From contig OZ218960.1 of assembly GCA_965112735.1 (NCBI GenBank), positions 2,356,001 to 2,420,000 on the forward strand: a stretch of DNA of 64,000 nt, in the 5' to 3' direction. Within the stretch, counting starts at the first letter, position 1. Each line of letters opens with the position of its first letter. The stretch comes from Phaeosaccion multiseriatum. Lineage: Eukaryota > Protista > Ochrophyta, other classes. A model generated the notes under the pieces. The model ran no database searches. It worked only from the letters and a program-made list of their open reading frames with translations, and was not told the DNA's origin. The translations under genes and the position numbers were made by a program. Below are positions 52,248-64,000 of the stretch, one piece after another.

Positions 52248-53177
52248 GCCTGTCTGTGCCTTGTCGTGTGGCGGCTGTAGCCTCTCTGCTCGTCAAATAA
52301 GTCCGTAAGCGTCGCACCTCTCACTCAAACACACACACACACATCACTGCCATCCCACCCACCCACCCACACCCACCCACCCACCCACACCCACCCGCAC
52401 ACCACACCCACCTACACACCACACACATACACACACACACCTGTAGTAGAGCCACGTGCCGTCTATGAAGACCATGACCTTGAGGGGCCAGCCCTCGCGC
52501 TCCTGGTGATCCACATTCACCGGACTCCCTCCTGCCCCCGACGATGCCTGGGTGCTCCAACTCCGCCTCTGCGCGGGAAGGGCGCCATCATTCCCAGGTA
52601 GGATGCTCATATACCCTTCTCTCTGCATCATACGGCGACCGTAGCTACTAGCGCGGCTGTTCCCATCACTGGAGTAGTCGCCCTCGGCTTCGTAGCCATT
52701 ATTACTACTTAGAAGGGCCGTGTGGGAGAGCGCATTGTACGATTGGTCCGTGAAATGCTTTCCTATCGGCAACGACAACCCAGCGGCCGCTGTCCTACTT
52801 CCTGCCGGCCCTCCCCTTCCTCTCCTTCTCCTCATCGGGCTCTCGCTCGCCATGGCCCCCCTCACACAGCCCGTGGTGTATGGCGATGTAGATTGAAGTG
52901 CTTGCCCTCTTGGTTGCCCTCGCTTCCAGCCCGAGCCGTCTTTCCCGGGCTTTGGCCCTCTTCCAGCCAAGCATGCCCACCGAGCTGCAGGCGTGGAGTG
53001 TGGCTTCACGGTCACCCAGCCCACCGCTCTCCCCAGAGACATGGAAATCACATACACCATGGACACTCGCCTCTGGAGGAGCGAGAAGGATGGCTGAGCT
53101 CCAGACCTGCTGCTGCTCTTTCTCGTAGTCCTGCAACTTCTGCTGCTGCTTCTACCGTTCTCCGCGCAGCAACACAT
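45055..53177 (-). CDS. NYN (LabA/DUF88, PIN-like) RNase-domain protein with two LOTUS/OST-HTH-like repeats and a SAP domain; start uncertain
   Basis: NYN motifs KVMVFIDGTWLYY (~52441-52485), QEKCIDIALAVDML and DMAVLITGDKDFMPA (50159-50375 spliced to 49949). Repeats GGAMSSRDLGRELQ...LRGFLEDY and GGTVSSRDVGRFLA...LNLFMQMHP. SAP motif LKVVSLKELLKAEGLPVTGKKGDLIERL (47140-47247). Final exon 45055-45126. Confidence 0.82.
50868..51912. repeat. ~1-kb (GA)n-rich purine tract in a NYN-gene intron
   Basis: Directly visible. Confidence 0.95.
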
Positions 53178-53363
53178 GCGTACCCCCCCTTCCTATCCCA
53201 CTATTCGCCCACTCACTGCTCTTTATGAAGCCCCTCTTCCGGATCTTCCGTCTTCGACTCCTGGCCCAAGATGAAGCAATAATCGAGCCTCGCAGCCGCT
53301 GGTTCCCTTCTTCACCAGGAAGTAGTGAAGCGCGACAAATAGCTACAGCTCAGAGAGGCTCAG

Positions 53364-55473
53364 ATGAAGAGGCATCACCAGACTCACGTATGTGAGGCCG
53401 CGCGGCTCAGTCGCGCAGTGGGGGCGGCACTGCTGCTCCTGGGGAGCTTGACAGACCTGCCGAGGGAGACTTCAGCTTTTGTGTCACTCCAAGCGTGCAG
53501 TAGCAGCGCCTTTGCACCTGCGCCCATGTCCACGAGGTGCGGCAGCAGGGGGGTGGTGGAGGGCAGTCAGCGCAGCTATGCACAGGGAAGGAGGGCAGGT
53601 AGGGGAGAGCTGAACAACAGACCACACACTCGTTTGATGGCAGGGAGAGGAGGGGGAGGGCGGGGCCAAGGAGGACGCGGGGGGGGGAGAGGAGGAGGCG
53701 GAGGAGGCGGAGGAGGAGGTGGAGGAGGGGCGGGGGGCGGGTTTAGCAAGGGGAAGGGAGGGCCGCCGGCACAGAAGGTCCAGCAGGAGTTCAAGCTTGA
53801 CACTGAGACCAAGCCCAGGCCAAGCACCCCCTTCACGGCTGCTGCAGCGGCCAATGCGGCAGCGCCCATGGATCGGGAGACTTTGCTGCAACAGCCTATA
53901 TCAGTGGAGGATGTGCCCGAGGGAAAAGAGGGCCAGGTGATCATCCTCAGAGACGTGGACACCCATCGGTGAGTGCAGTCAGTGTGGATGTGTATGGCCG
54001 CGTCAAGGCCCCCACGTCAACCGCTGCAAGTGCACCCCCAAACCTTGTCGTCTCACCCCTCCCTCCCACCCCGATGTCCTCACCTAACCCCTTCCTCACG
54101 TCCTCCTCACCTCAACCCTATACGATATACCTCACGCCCTCATCATCTCACCCCGCCATCCTCCCCACCTCCCCACCTGCCCTACTCGTGCGACATCACT
54201 CCCTCCCTCCCTCCCTCCCTTCCCCCCCTCACACTCTACAACAGCGCGGTGGAGTGCTACCCTAACGTGTACTTCAACATCCAAGGGGAGCGCTTCGTCA
54301 TGGCCTCTCCCTGCGATTGGTGCGTGTCTATCGGCAAGACGCTGCCCGACGGCAAGCTCGAGCACATCTCTGTAGAAGACCCTCTCATGGACGAGCTCTA
54401 CCTTAGCATTTCGGTACGTGCGTGTGTGTGAGTGTGTGAGTGTGTGAGTATTCTTGTGTGTTGCGTGTCTTGTCTCTTCTGGCTCCCTGAGTGTCAGCAC
54501 AACCATGGTAACCCATCCATCCCCCTCTAAAAAGCTTCAAACAACCCCTCCCCTCCTCCTCCTCCTCCTCCTCCTCCCTCCCCTCCCCTCTTGTCTCTGC
54601 TGTCCTTCCTCAGAACCTTCTGGAAGAGGACGACATTCACCTCTTTCGCACACCCGTGGCCTTGACGCTGCAGGGAGAGTTCATGGAAGACGATGAGGAG
54701 GAGGAGGAAGAAGAGGAGGAAGAGGAGGAAGAGGAGGGAGACGGTGTACCGGACTATACGGTCATTGGTCATGACAAGAAGATCCCCGGCAAGAACTACG
54801 ACAAGGACCCCAACGACTCGGAGGAAGAGTGGAATGAGGAGGAGTGGGTGCTCGACGACGAGTATACAGACATTGACGAAGAGGTACGTGATGGACGTTA
54901 CGGACGTTACGGACGTTACGAACGACTGATTCATGGGCGATCTGGCTACCCATCTACCTCTCTACCTCCCGACATACGTACCTATACGTACGTATCTGCC
55001 TTCCCATCTCCCTACCCTCTCTACCTCCTTACCTATCCATCTGCTCCCCTTTGCGTCACCCGCGGAACCTCACCGTACATTCCGCGGTGGGAGTGAGTAA
55101 TTGTTGGATTTGGATGGGCTTGGGAGCCTAATCGGTAGCGTATCGATCTTGCCCGTCCGTCTTTGTTGTATCTTGTGTTTGTGCTGTTGTGGTGTTGTTA
55201 TGGCGTTGTTAGGGCGTGGAGCTCATCGCCTCGTTTTGGTTCAACGAGACGGAGTTCTCTCTCGTCAAGCACATGCGTCCCATTCTGCTCGTGGCCAAGA
55301 CCACGGAGGAGGAGTCGCGCTTCGAACTCGTGACGGAGGAGGAGAGCGCTTACGTCATGCCCATCTTGGAGCATGTGCTGACCGAAGGGGCGGGGCTGGA
55401 GGAAGAGGACGGGAAGCTTGGGGCCATGATGCAGGAAGAGCTAGCCAAGGCTGCGGCGGGGGGCAAGGCGTGA
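53364..55473 (+). CDS. Plastid-targeted protein of the cyanobacterial-type DUF3727/DUF1292-like family; exons 53364-53968, 54245-54413, 54614-54883, 55213-55473
   Basis: Hydrophobic leader ending TSAF-V (bipartite plastid targeting); motifs AVECY...SPCDWCV, LFRTPVALTLQGE, acidic linker, VELIASFWFNETEFSLVKHMRPILLVAK. Confidence 0.72.
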
Positions 55474-55806
55474 GAGAGGGAGGGAGGGAGGGAGGGAGGG
55501 AGTGAGGAAGTGACTGGTATGGATCTGTGAGTGAGTGAGTGAGTGAGCGAGTGAGCGAGTGGTTGGAGGTTTGGTTGATGGACACCTCGCTCGACGCCCC
55601 TGCTCAGATGCTGCAGTCTTGTGTACGTGGGCACGGCCTGTCCCGGGAGGCAAACGACCCCTTGGGGTGCAACCCTAGGGTGTACTTGCTGGAGGAGGAG
55701 GAGGAGGAGGAGAACGCAAGGGCTGGGCGGGGAGGCAAGAGAGAGAGAGAGAGAGCCGTCCTTTGGAGAGTACGCCACCTCGTTGTTCGTAGTGTGAATA
55801 CAAAAG

Positions 55807-55844
<38 letters not shown>

Positions 55845-56080
55845 TTTTCTCTGCACGACAGTGCTCATTTCACACAGTCTCTGTGGATCGATTTACAACA
55901 CTCTATTATTAATGTCTGTTTGTTGTTTCGGTGATGAGGAAGGTGTGAGATGTTCATGTTCGTATACCCCTTTCGTACTACTACGAAGTACTACTTACTG
56001 ATTATTGGCGGCCTTTCCATACCACACCACACCACACTCTTCCCTTACATGAGGGGCTGGGAGGGCACAGGGAAGGGCTA

Positions 56081-56416
56081 TCAACAGGACATTGCCTGCA
56101 GCAGCGTCTCATTCCCCTGGTCAGTCCCTGTCCCCTTCCGTCCCTCCCCTCCCTCTCCCTCCTCTCCCTTCCTTGCCACCCCGAGTGCCTCCAGCGACGC
56201 ATCGAGGTCACTCTCCGACGACGAAAGCTGCGCCTTGGCTTGCTCCACCGCCTCTGTGAGGGCTGTGAGCTGCTGTCGGAGGCCCTCTCCCTGCTGCTCG
56301 AGCTTGCGTATTAACACCTCCCGGGCCTGCGGATGGCAGTGGATGGAGGGATGGAGGCGGTGGGGTGGTGGGCAGAGTGAGGCTCGGAGGCGGCGACGGT
56401 CTTGGCAGGGCTCGGG

Positions 56417-56450
<34 letters not shown>

Positions 56451-57324
56451 GAGGGAGAGAGAGGGAGAGAGAGAGGAGAGAGAGAGAGGGAGAGAGAAAG
56501 AGAGAGAGAGAGAGAGCATGAGAGAGAGAGAGGGAGAGAGAGAGAGAGAGAGAGGGAGGCAGGGAGGGAGGGAGGGGCACTTGCCTGGTGCGAGCGGTAC
56601 TCGTTTAGGGCGTTGTGGAAGTTGAGGAACAGCTGCTCCATGTCGGCCATCTTCCTCCTGTGCGCACCAGAGAGAGAGAGGGGGGGGGGGGGGGATGTCA
56701 GCAGCAGGGGAGAAGGGTAGGCATGCTATATATATGTATATATATATGGGTGCTTGTAACTCACCTGTGCAACGCCGGATAGCGCACCAACACGTCTAGC
56801 AGCTGCGTAAAGTTCTGCATGATGGCGTCCAGTAGCCTCCTCAATATGACCGCGTAGCTTACCTCTGTCCCACTCCCATGCCCCATGCTGCTGCCCTCAC
56901 TGGGTGCGGCTTGCTGGCTTCCTACTTGCCCCTCCTCCTCCTCTCCTGCTTCGCCTGCCTCTGCTGAAGCCCCTCCCCGCGAGCCCTCGTCCGCCTTGCC
57001 GCCCTCTCCTCCTTTGTAAAGGAGTTTTTCTGGCGGTAACAGGTTCTCGGTCACGATTTTCCCCTCTGCGTGCGTGAAAGTCACCCCGAACACGCTGTAC
57101 GCGTCTCCCACGGCTGGAAGAGGGGGAGGAGTGAGGGGAAAGCCTGTCGCATTGGCACCATCACCACGTGCGTGATCTTCTCCCTCTCCCTCCCCTCCTT
57201 CCACCCCTGCCCTCTCCGCGTGTGCTCCCGCTGCGCCCTTCCCCTCTTTCCCAAAGAGTTTGTAATAGTGAGGAGGGGCAGGGAGGGCACTGACAATAGT
57301 GGCAGCATCATCTGCCCCAGACAT
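56081..57324 (-). CDS. MED7: Mediator of RNA polymerase II subunit 7; exons 56765-57324, 56585-56657, 56081-56326
   Basis: SALPAPPHYYKLF, PPPLP...YSVFG, NFTQLLDVL, LFLNFHNALNEYRSHQ|AREVL are MED7 hallmarks. Confidence 0.92.
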
Positions 57325-57739
57325 GGTACGCCCTCCGATCCGCCTCTCTCTCCCCCCCCCCCCTCCCCCCCTTCTATCTACGAGAGTGGCTCCTTGCTCA
57401 TCTCTCCCTGCCTCTCTCTCCCTCTCTCTGTGCGTGTGTGTGTGTCTATGTTTTTGTTTGTCTCCCTCTGTCTGTCTTATCTGTCTCTCTCCTCTTTGTC
57501 TCTCTCTCTCACTCTCTCTCTCCCTCTCTCTCACTCACTCCCTCTCTCTCGCTTCCTCGCTCGCTCCCTCTCGCCCCCCCTCGATGTCACCCTCTATCTC
57601 TCTTTGGGTGTGGAGGATTTAGGTGGGGGGGCCGGCCCAAAGGATTCGTTAGCTTACTACGATCACACGATCTGATCGGGGCGGTGAACCTCCTTCTCCC
57701 CCCACCTCGTCTGCAGTACAAAGATGGGCTGATCCGTGG

Positions 57740-58986
57740 ATGACAGAAGCGGACCATGCCTCCCGCTGCCTTCCTTTTCTGTGCAGAGGCAGCAGCCGCC
57801 GCAGCATGGCATGGAAAGAGAAGGCCATCGCGGCGCTCGAGATTGAGAAGAGCCAGCGCACCGTAGACAAGGGGTCCCCTCCTTCCCCAGCACCCTTTCA
57901 CTTCGCCAGTGGATGGGAAAGCCAGTACATCGCATCGAAGCATACGAAGAAGGACAGGGGGGGAGCGCAGGGAGCCTTTGGGACTGTGAAATCTGTCCAG
58001 CGCAAGCAGGATCCTGCTGGAGACGGGGCAAAGGGGGAGGGACCGATGTTTGCGTTGAAGACCATCGCTCTGGGCCCCATCACCGATGAAAAGGTGTTTC
58101 ACGTGACGCTGAGAGAGGTACGGCGACCAGCCTGAAACCTTCCTTGATTCCCTCACGGCAGGCACAACATGCACCCTGAGAAGGGGGGGGGGGGGGGGGG
58201 CGAGAAGAAAACCTGCTTACTGTGCCTGCTGCGCTGCTACTGCTGCTACTGTAGGCCAGCATCATGGAGGAGCTCGGCCACCCGAATATCGCCCGCCTGA
58301 AGGAGGTATTCGTATCGACGAGGTACGCACTGCTTTGCCAAGGGAGCGAAGTGCCAATTGTGCATCCCCTGGTCCTCTTGGCGCTCGGTCCCCAGCCATA
58401 CCCACCTACGTCCTCCTTTCCCCTCCGCCTCCATCTGTAGGCGGCTCGACTTGATTATGGAATGGTGTGGGGGAGGCTCTGTCAAGGCTCTCTACTCCCC
58501 CTCTCCGCGCGGTGGGGGGCACAAGCGCGCCTCAGAGGCCTGTGCACAGCACATTGTCAAGCAAGTGGCCGCGGCCCTCAAGCACTGCCATGACAGGGGC
58601 ATCGCGGTAAGGAGTGGAGGGCATCAATATTATCATCATATGGAGGGGCGTGCCGTGCTGGACGCCAAGACGGAGTGGAGGGAGGGCATCAAAGGGAGTG
58701 GAGGCACGCCCTTCCTCAGCAGGCAGGCAGGCAGGCAGGCAGGCTGGCAGGCGGTCAGACACGCAGGGAGAGAGACAGACAGACAATGACAGACAGACAG
58801 ACAGACCCCCTGTACGGTCAGCCAGAGTTTGAAAATGGGGCGGGAGCGTCCCGCGGGGTGGGGAAAGGGAAGCATGCAGAACAAGTCCGTGGTGTCTTCC
58901 TTCCTTCCTGCCTCTTCGTTTCACTCGCTCTTCCTACGTGACGCACCCACCGACGTGCTTCACTGTTGTTTCTCTTCTGTTGTTGT

Positions 58987-59032
<46 letters not shown>

Positions 59033-59859
59033 CGTTGTTGTTGTTGTTATTGTTGTTGTTTTTGGTGTTGGTTTGTTGTGTCTGTGCCTATGCTGGCGAC
59101 GGCGATGTCGTAGCACCGGGATGTGAAGCTCGCCAACTTGATGTTCGCCACAGGGGCGTCAGGAGAGCAAGAGCAGCAGCAGGTCAGGAGGAGGCGGCGA
59201 CGCCTGTGCTGACACACTCAAACAACAGAGAGGGAAAAGAGGGGGAGGGAGAGGACATGAGAGAGGAGGAGGAGAAGATGGAAAGGAGTTAGAGGGGAAG
59301 GGAGGGAGAGTGGGAGGGACGAGGGACGAGGGACGAGAGACCAAGAGCGCGGGAGAGGGAAAGAAGAGACAGAGGGAGATGCGACCCTTTACCCGCGCGA
59401 CTCAACCCGCCCCCCTCCCTCCCTCCCTCCCTCCCTCCCTCCCTCCCTCCCTCCCTCCCTCCCTCCTTCCCTCCCTCCTTCCCTCCCTCCCTCCCTCCCT
59501 CCCTCCCTCCTTCCTTATCCACTGCCATCCCTCCCCCACACCCACGAAAAGGGTTGTTCCGTGGTGAAGCTCGTTGACTTCGGCACGAGCACTCGCTTCC
59601 ACCCCGGGGAGGTGAGTCGTGACGTCATGGGAACAGTGCCCTATGTGGCGCCGGAGGTCATCACCAGCCGCCAGCACCGCCCACCAGAGGTGGACATTTG
59701 TAAGTCTGCGTTTGAGCTTGAGCGTGTAAATGCCCCTGGTGCAGAGAAGAGAAGCTGTGGTGCTGCGGTGTGTGTGTGTGTGTGTGTGTCTGTGTTTTGG
59801 TGTGTGTGTGCCTGTGTGTGTCTGTGTGTGTGTGTGTCTGTGTGTGTCTGTGTGTGTGT

Positions 59860-59896
<37 letters not shown>

Positions 59897-59933
59897 TGAG
59901 TGTGTTTGTGTGTGTGTATGTATGTGTGTGTGT

Positions 59934-59972
<39 letters not shown>

Positions 59973-59994
59973 TGAGTGTGTTTGTGTGTGTGTA

Positions 59995-60027
<33 letters not shown>

Positions 60028-60106
60028 CTGTGTGTGTGTGTGTGTCTGTGTGTGTGTGTATGTGTGTGTGTGTGTGTGTGCGCGTGAGTGTGTTTGTGTG
60101 TGTGTA

Positions 60107-60168
<62 letters not shown>

Positions 60169-60634
60169 TGTGTTTTGGTGTGTGTGTGCCTGTGTGTGAA
60201 GTCTGGGCACCACCCTTCTCTTCTCCTCAGACACTCAATGAGTCAATGACTTGAGCCCTCTGATGCGCCGATCCGGTCTGCCTTCGCCCCCCCCTCTCCC
60301 CCATTCTTGCAGGGTGCCTCGGTTTGGTGGCGTACGAGCTGATTGCCGGCTCAGTGCCCTTCAGTGCCACAACCATCGGTCAGCACCGGTTTGACTTTGA
60401 CTTGGCGTCAGACTACTCGTGGAGGGTGGCGAGGTGTGTGTATATGTATGTGTGTATGTATGTATGCATGTATGTATGTATGTATGTATGTATGTATGTA
60501 TGTATGTATGTATGTATGTATGTATGTATGTATGTATGTATGCATGTATGTATGTATGCATGTATGTATGTATGTATGTAGGTAGGTATGTATGTAGGTA
60601 TGTATGTATGTATGTGTGGGTGCGTGCGTGCGTG

Positions 60635-60670
<36 letters not shown>

Positions 60671-60870
60671 GCACTGTACCCACCCCCCTCATTGCCCTGC
60701 CCTGCCACCCCCCTCGCCATCCACTGCCATCCCCCCCCCCCCCCCGCGCACGCAGCGAGGCTGCCCGCCATTTCACCCGCAAGGCTCTGCAAGTGAACCC
60801 CTCGAATCGCCCCACAGCGGAGCAAGCAAACGCCCACCCTTGGCTATCCTCCGCAGGCCTCCGTAAATAG
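57740..60870 (+). CDS. CAMK-group Ser/Thr protein kinase; exons 57740-58117, 58255-58322, 58441-58606, 59114-59182, 59552-59699, 60313-60433, 60756-60870
   Basis: GAQGAFGTV, FALK, HPNIARLKE, HRDVKLANL, KLVDFG, GTVPYVAPEV, DIWCLG, RPTAEQANAHPWL. Confidence 0.9.
59768..60198. repeat. (TG)n-dominated microsatellite with internal higher-order duplication, kinase intron
   Basis: Directly visible. Confidence 0.93.
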
Positions 60871-61133
60871 TTTTGGTATCAGTATTGGTATACGAGGAGG
60901 AGTAGTAGTAGGAGGAGGAGGAGGTCGAAGGAGGATCGATCAGGAGGAGAAAAAAGAAAAAAAGGACAGTATCTCGTTCACCGTCAATTTTGAAAAACGG
61001 GCGGCCACGACCGCACATGGCCCGTTATTTTCGTTTTCAATGACTTACTCCACCACGTCAGGGAGGCGACAGCTTTACCACACACACCATTGTATAGCGG
61101 CCAGTTTAGACATTTATATACTCGCGTAAGACG

Positions 61134-62147
61134 ATGCGTTTCCACAGAGCAATTGCCACTGCAGCTGGTTGCGGCTGCTCGCTTCGATATGCGGCAGCGT
61201 TCGCCCCAAGCGTGGGAAGGACTCACGGTGTTGTGCGGTCACAACCAACGTTTCTTGGGGGGGGGTCTACTCGCCTAAATGTGGCCAGCGTTCAGCCGCC
61301 GGCCCCTGTGGACGTGCTGAGGGAAACGCAGGTGATGGGAGAGGGAGCGGGGGCGCTCGTTGGGGAGGATGTGGCGGCGAGCAGCGTTTTGGCAGCAGTA
61401 GCAGCGCCCGTCGAGAAAAAGAAGAGGAAGGGAAAGGAGGCAACCGTCAGGGCTGAGGGAGATACTCTAGAGAATCTGCCCTACATGAAGAGGACCGTGG
61501 CAGTGACGTTCTTGTATGCCACCGCAGTCGTCGTCAACGCTCTCATGCACGTCACCTCCCCCATGATGGCCGCGCAAGTGGCGGCGGCCACCGTGGCAGG
61601 GGTGCTGGCAGCCGACCTCTTCACGGGCTTCTTCCACTTTGGCGTGGACAACTACGGCGACAAGGACACGCCGGGGCTGGGCATGGTCATTGACGCCTTC
61701 CAGGGCCACCATGACACGCCGTGGACCATCACGCACCGACCTTTCTGCAACAACGTGCACAAAGTGGCCTACTTGGTCCTGCCCCTCATGACCATGGTCG
61801 TGCTCGCCAACCTTGGGCCCGTGGGCACCATCTTCGGTGTTGGGTTCTGCATGGGCAATCTCATGTGCCAGGAGCTCCACAAGCAGGCGCATCAGACGGT
61901 GGCGACGGCCCCCTGGAAGCAGCTGCAATCATTGGGCGTCATCTTGCCCAAGAGTGTGCACGGGAAGCACCACCAAAATCCCTTCTCTTCCAACTACTGC
62001 ATCGTCACAGGCACCTTCAACCCCCTCCTGGACGGGCTCAATACCTGGCGATTCTTGGAGAACGTCATCTTTAAGCTCACGGGTGTGGAGCCCAACACAT
62101 GGAAGAATTGCCCGTCCACCAAGGAGGAGTCCCTGGCGCTCTTCTAA
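61134..62147 (+). CDS. FAD4: FAD4-like (TMEM189/Kua family) plastid lipid desaturase, intronless
   Basis: Leader ending AAAFAP; His motifs ADLFTGFFHFGVDNYG, AFQGHHDTPWTIT, QELHKQAH, HGKHH, YCIVTGTFNPLLD, TGVEPNTW. Confidence 0.9.
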   Translation: MRFHRAIATAAGCGCSLRYAAAFAPSVGRTHGVVRSQPTFLGGGSTRLNVASVQPPAPVDVLRETQVMGEGAGALVGEDVAASSVLAAVAAPVEKKKRKGKEATVRAEGDTLENLPYMKRTVAVTFLYATAVVVNALMHVTSPMMAAQVAAATVAGVLAADLFTGFFHFGVDNYGDKDTPGLGMVIDAFQGHHDTPWTITHRPFCNNVHKVAYLVLPLMTMVVLANLGPVGTIFGVGFCMGNLMCQELHKQAHQTVATAPWKQLQSLGVILPKSVHGKHHQNPFSSNYCIVTGTFNPLLDGLNTWRFLENVIFKLTGVEPNTWKNCPSTKEESLALF

Positions 62148-62786
62148 GGCCCTCAGTTCTGCCTCAGTTCTGACGCCCTGCTGAGGTGACAGGCAGGACA
62201 TGTAGCTACTATAGAGAGAGAGGTGCAACGGCTCCAAGGGTTAATTGGTCCCTCTCGAGAGAGAGATAAGACAGAGAGAGACAGAGAGAGACAGAGAGAG
62301 CGAGAGAGAGACACACGAGAGAGAGGGGGGGGGTTCAGCACCTTCTGCTCTCTTGGGGGTTTATGGGCTCAGCGCTCATGGCACGGCTCAGAGAAGGAGT
62401 TTCTCTGCGCCATGCCGGACGGAACGGAAGACATGAAAGACGGACTATACTGAAACACGTACAGAAGGAAAGAGTGGCAGCACCAGCACTGTCCTTACCT
62501 TAATCACTGACACTCGCTACCTTTTTTTGAGCCGACATACTTACTATGATATAAAGTGATGCCGATAAGTATATTATAAGTAGTATAAGGTTTTATAAAT
62601 AAAATTTTGACTTGTTAATTCATGTGACGACCCTATATCATCGCAGGCGTGGCTGGATGGCCCTGCGCCCGTCTCCCCCCCCCCCCCCCCGGCACCTCCC
62701 CTCCCCCAAACCTCCTCCGTTCACCGTAAAGAATTATTGCTCCTTCTCCTCCTCCTCCTCCTCCTCCTCCTCTCCCTCCCCATGCC

Positions 62787-63198
62787 CTATGTAAAGAAGT
62801 ACTGTTCCTCCTCCTCCTCCTCTCCCTCCCCATGCCCTCCCCCGTAAGAGCCTGGTGGTGGTGGTGGTGGTGGAGGAGGAGGCGGTGGCTGACGCTGCCG
62901 AGGCGCGGGCCGTCGCCTGTCGAAGGCCGGTGCCTCCTCCCCCCTCCTCCCGCCCCCTCCTCCTCTCCCTCCTTCACCGCCAGCTCCGTCGTCCTCATCC
63001 TCGCCTCCGTCGGAGGATCCGTCGAAGTCATCCTCGTCGTCCTCGTCGCCTCTTCCCTCCCTCTGCACTCTCCTTACGGTGCGCATAATATTGTCAAAAG
63101 CCACCCCCAGCACACGGGCAACCTTGTCCTTGATGTGGTACCTGGTGTTTACAAAGTTGTTTGGGAGTGAGTGAGACGAGGGGAGAAGAGGGGGACGT

Positions 63199-63239
<41 letters not shown>

Positions 63240-63559
63240 CACACACACACACACACTCACACACGAACGATACTATGCGATTCACTACCCCCCCTCCCCA
63301 TCTCCGCATCCCTTCCTGCCTTCCTTCCTTCCTTCCTTCCCCGCTCCCAAACCCAATCCATCCCTGCTGCCAGACGTCCGCCAAATATGCCGACAAGCAG
63401 ACCGACAAGCAGGCCGACAACCCGACAACCCGAGAGCCCGATGAGATGAGATGAGATGAGATGAGATGACTGATTGATGATGACTCACTTGCTGTCCCAG
63501 AACATGGCCTTATTCATGCATAGCGAGCACACCGCCATAAACTTGGCCCATGCATGCAC
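62787..63559 (-). CDS. 3' exons (63489-63559, 62787-63141) of an unidentified gene starting beyond the window
   Basis: AG/GT-bounded exons join in frame: VHAWAKFMAVCSLCMNKAMFWDSK-YHIKDKVARVLGVAFDNIMRTV, then an acidic/Pro-rich tail. Confidence 0.6.
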
Positions 63560-63580
63560 CTTCAGGGGGAGAGAGAGAGG

Positions 63581-63990
63581 AGTCAGTCAATCAGTCAGTA
63601 CTTGGTGTCAGTCAGCCAAGTCAATCAGTCAGTCAGTCAGTCCGTCACTCAGTCAAGTCAGTCAGTCAGTCAGTCAGTCAGTCAGTCAGTCAGTCAGTCA
63701 GTCAGTCAGTACTTGGTGTCAGTCAGTCAAGTCAATCAGTCAGTCAGTCAGTCAGTCAGTCAGTCAGTCCGTTAGTCAAGTCAGTCAGTCAAGTCAGTCA
63801 GTCAGTTAGTCAGTCAGTCAGTCAGTCCGTCAGTCAAGTCAAGTCAGTCAGTCCGTCAGTCAGTCAGTCAGTCAAGTCAGTCAGTCAGTTAGTCAGTCAG
63901 TCAGTCAGTCCGTCAGTCAGTCCGTCCGTCAGTCAGTCAGTCCGTCAGTCAGTCCGTCAGTCAGTCAGTCAAGTCAGTCGGTCAGTCAGC
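63581..63990. repeat. (GTCA)n microsatellite, intronic
   Basis: Directly visible. Confidence 0.93.
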
Positions 63991-64000
63991 CTGGCTGGCA

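Noticed and set aside
1-64000. tRNA/rRNA genes and transposons
   Set aside because: No cloverleaf, rRNA-like, transposase, RT or terminal-repeat signatures recognised by eye; short elements could have been missed.

Overview
Eukaryotic nuclear DNA with dense, intron-rich genes whose introns are mostly microsatellite. Two proteins carry bipartite plastid-targeting leaders (signal peptide plus ASAFAP-like motif), which points to an alga with a secondary red plastid, probably an ochrophyte. Most long six-frame ORFs are repeat artefacts, so I built gene models by hand-splicing GT/GC-AG introns. Gene order: 3' end of an ABCG transporter (+); small ABM/DUF3291-like protein (-); 32-exon, ~3,200-aa single-module type I PKS, KS-AT-DH-psiKR-psiER-KR-ACP-TE (+); 14-exon carotenoid-cleavage dioxygenase with a SAM-like N-terminus (-); NPL4-type UBL/multi-UIM protein (+); Aurora kinase (-); BCKDH E1-alpha (+); NYN/LOTUS-like/SAP protein (-); plastid DUF3727-like protein (+); MED7 (-); CAMK-type kinase (+); intronless FAD4/TMEM189-family desaturase (+); 3' end of an unidentified gene (-). 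The main candidate system is the contiguous first ~30 kb: exporter, ABM-fold tailoring enzyme, ER-dead (polyene-type) iterative PKS and an alkene-cleaving dioxygenase, which together look like an algal polyketide/polyene biosynthetic gene cluster. Family assignments come from motif recognition, not database searches.
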